Shown: positions 13,034 through 13,389 of the stretch, in pieces
Numbering within the stretch: the stretch's first letter is position 1
Layout: each line of letters begins with the position of its first letter
The notes under the pieces: model-generated
Databases searched by the model: none
Told to the model about the DNA's origin: nothing
What the model saw: the letters and a program-made list of their open reading frames with translations, nothing else
Translations under genes and position numbers: made by a program
NCBI GenBank assembly: GCA_040905465.1
Contig: JBBDRK010000015.1
Location: forward strand, 40,592 to 53,980
From: Trueperaceae bacterium
GTDB lineage: Bacteria > Deinococcota > Deinococci > Deinococcales > Trueperaceae
Length of the DNA stretch: 13,389 nucleotides
Direction: 5' to 3'

Positions 13034-13389
13034 GTGCGTGAAGAACTCGCCCCGTCACCTCCCGCCAAACCTGAGGTGACGAGCATCGGCCTGATCGGCG
13101 AGAGCGGCGCAGTGGTCGTCGGACGCCAGGTGCTGCCCGCTTGCGAGGGCGTATTCGCTCCCCTGCCGCCGAACCTGCCGGCGGCGCTGAGGGCCGCTTT
13201 GCAAGAAGGCGGCATCACGCGGCTCTACGCCCATCAGCGGGAAGCGATCGATGCGACCCTGAGCGGCGACAACGTACTGCTCACCACGGGTACGGCCAGC
13301 GGCAAGAGTCTCGCCTACCAACTGCCGGCACTGGCCAGGCAGCTTAACGACCCTGGGGCGACGGTGCTGGCGCTCTACCCCACCAAGGC
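13034..13389 (+). CDS. DEAD/DEAH-box SF2 helicase, YprA/MrfA/SftH/Hrq1 type (5' partial; runs off the window, so absent from the ORF track)
   Basis: My translation from GTG 13034: MREELAPSPP..GITRLYAHQREAIDATLSGDNVLLTTGTASGKSLAYQLPAL..ATVLALYPTKA. This contains the Q motif, motif I (TASGKS) and motif Ia (LYPTKA). The start lies 6 nt after CATGAT. Confidence 0.9.
   Translation, partial: MREELAPSPPAKPEVTSIGLIGESGAVVVGRQVLPACEGVFAPLPPNLPAALRAALQEGGITRLYAHQREAIDATLSGDNVLLTTGTASGKSLAYQLPALARQLNDPGATVLALYPTK

Overview
GC-rich bacterial chromosomal segment, most likely Deinococcota (Trueperaceae-like). This is inferred from a triple-GSPII/MshEN PilF-type ATPase in a yqeG-pilB-pilT operon, a TTHA1809-like AHGFG hydrolase and frequent leaderless -10 promoters. 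Gene order: trpA(+), rlpA-family lipoprotein(-), 58-62 aa small protein(-), tatD(+), DUF4258-like protein(-), alpha/beta pseudo-hydrolase(+), yqeG-pilB/pilF-pilT(+), orphan cytoplasmic PAS-GAF histidine kinase(+), a lower-GC phosphotransferase interrupted by one in-frame TAG(-), DinB/YfiT-family protein(+), and the 5' end of a YprA/MrfA/Hrq1-type helicase(+). I saw no RNA genes, CRISPR arrays or mobile elements. The most interesting signals are regulatory: (i) four 11-bp-phased TCTYAC repeats placed like a Pho box in front of a small helical protein resembling the anti-kinase Sda; (ii) a mini-uORF plus terminator-like hairpin in the DUF4258 leader; (iii) a Firmicute/Actinobacteria-type SOS-like box in the helicase promoter. 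All product calls come from motif recognition, not from database searches.
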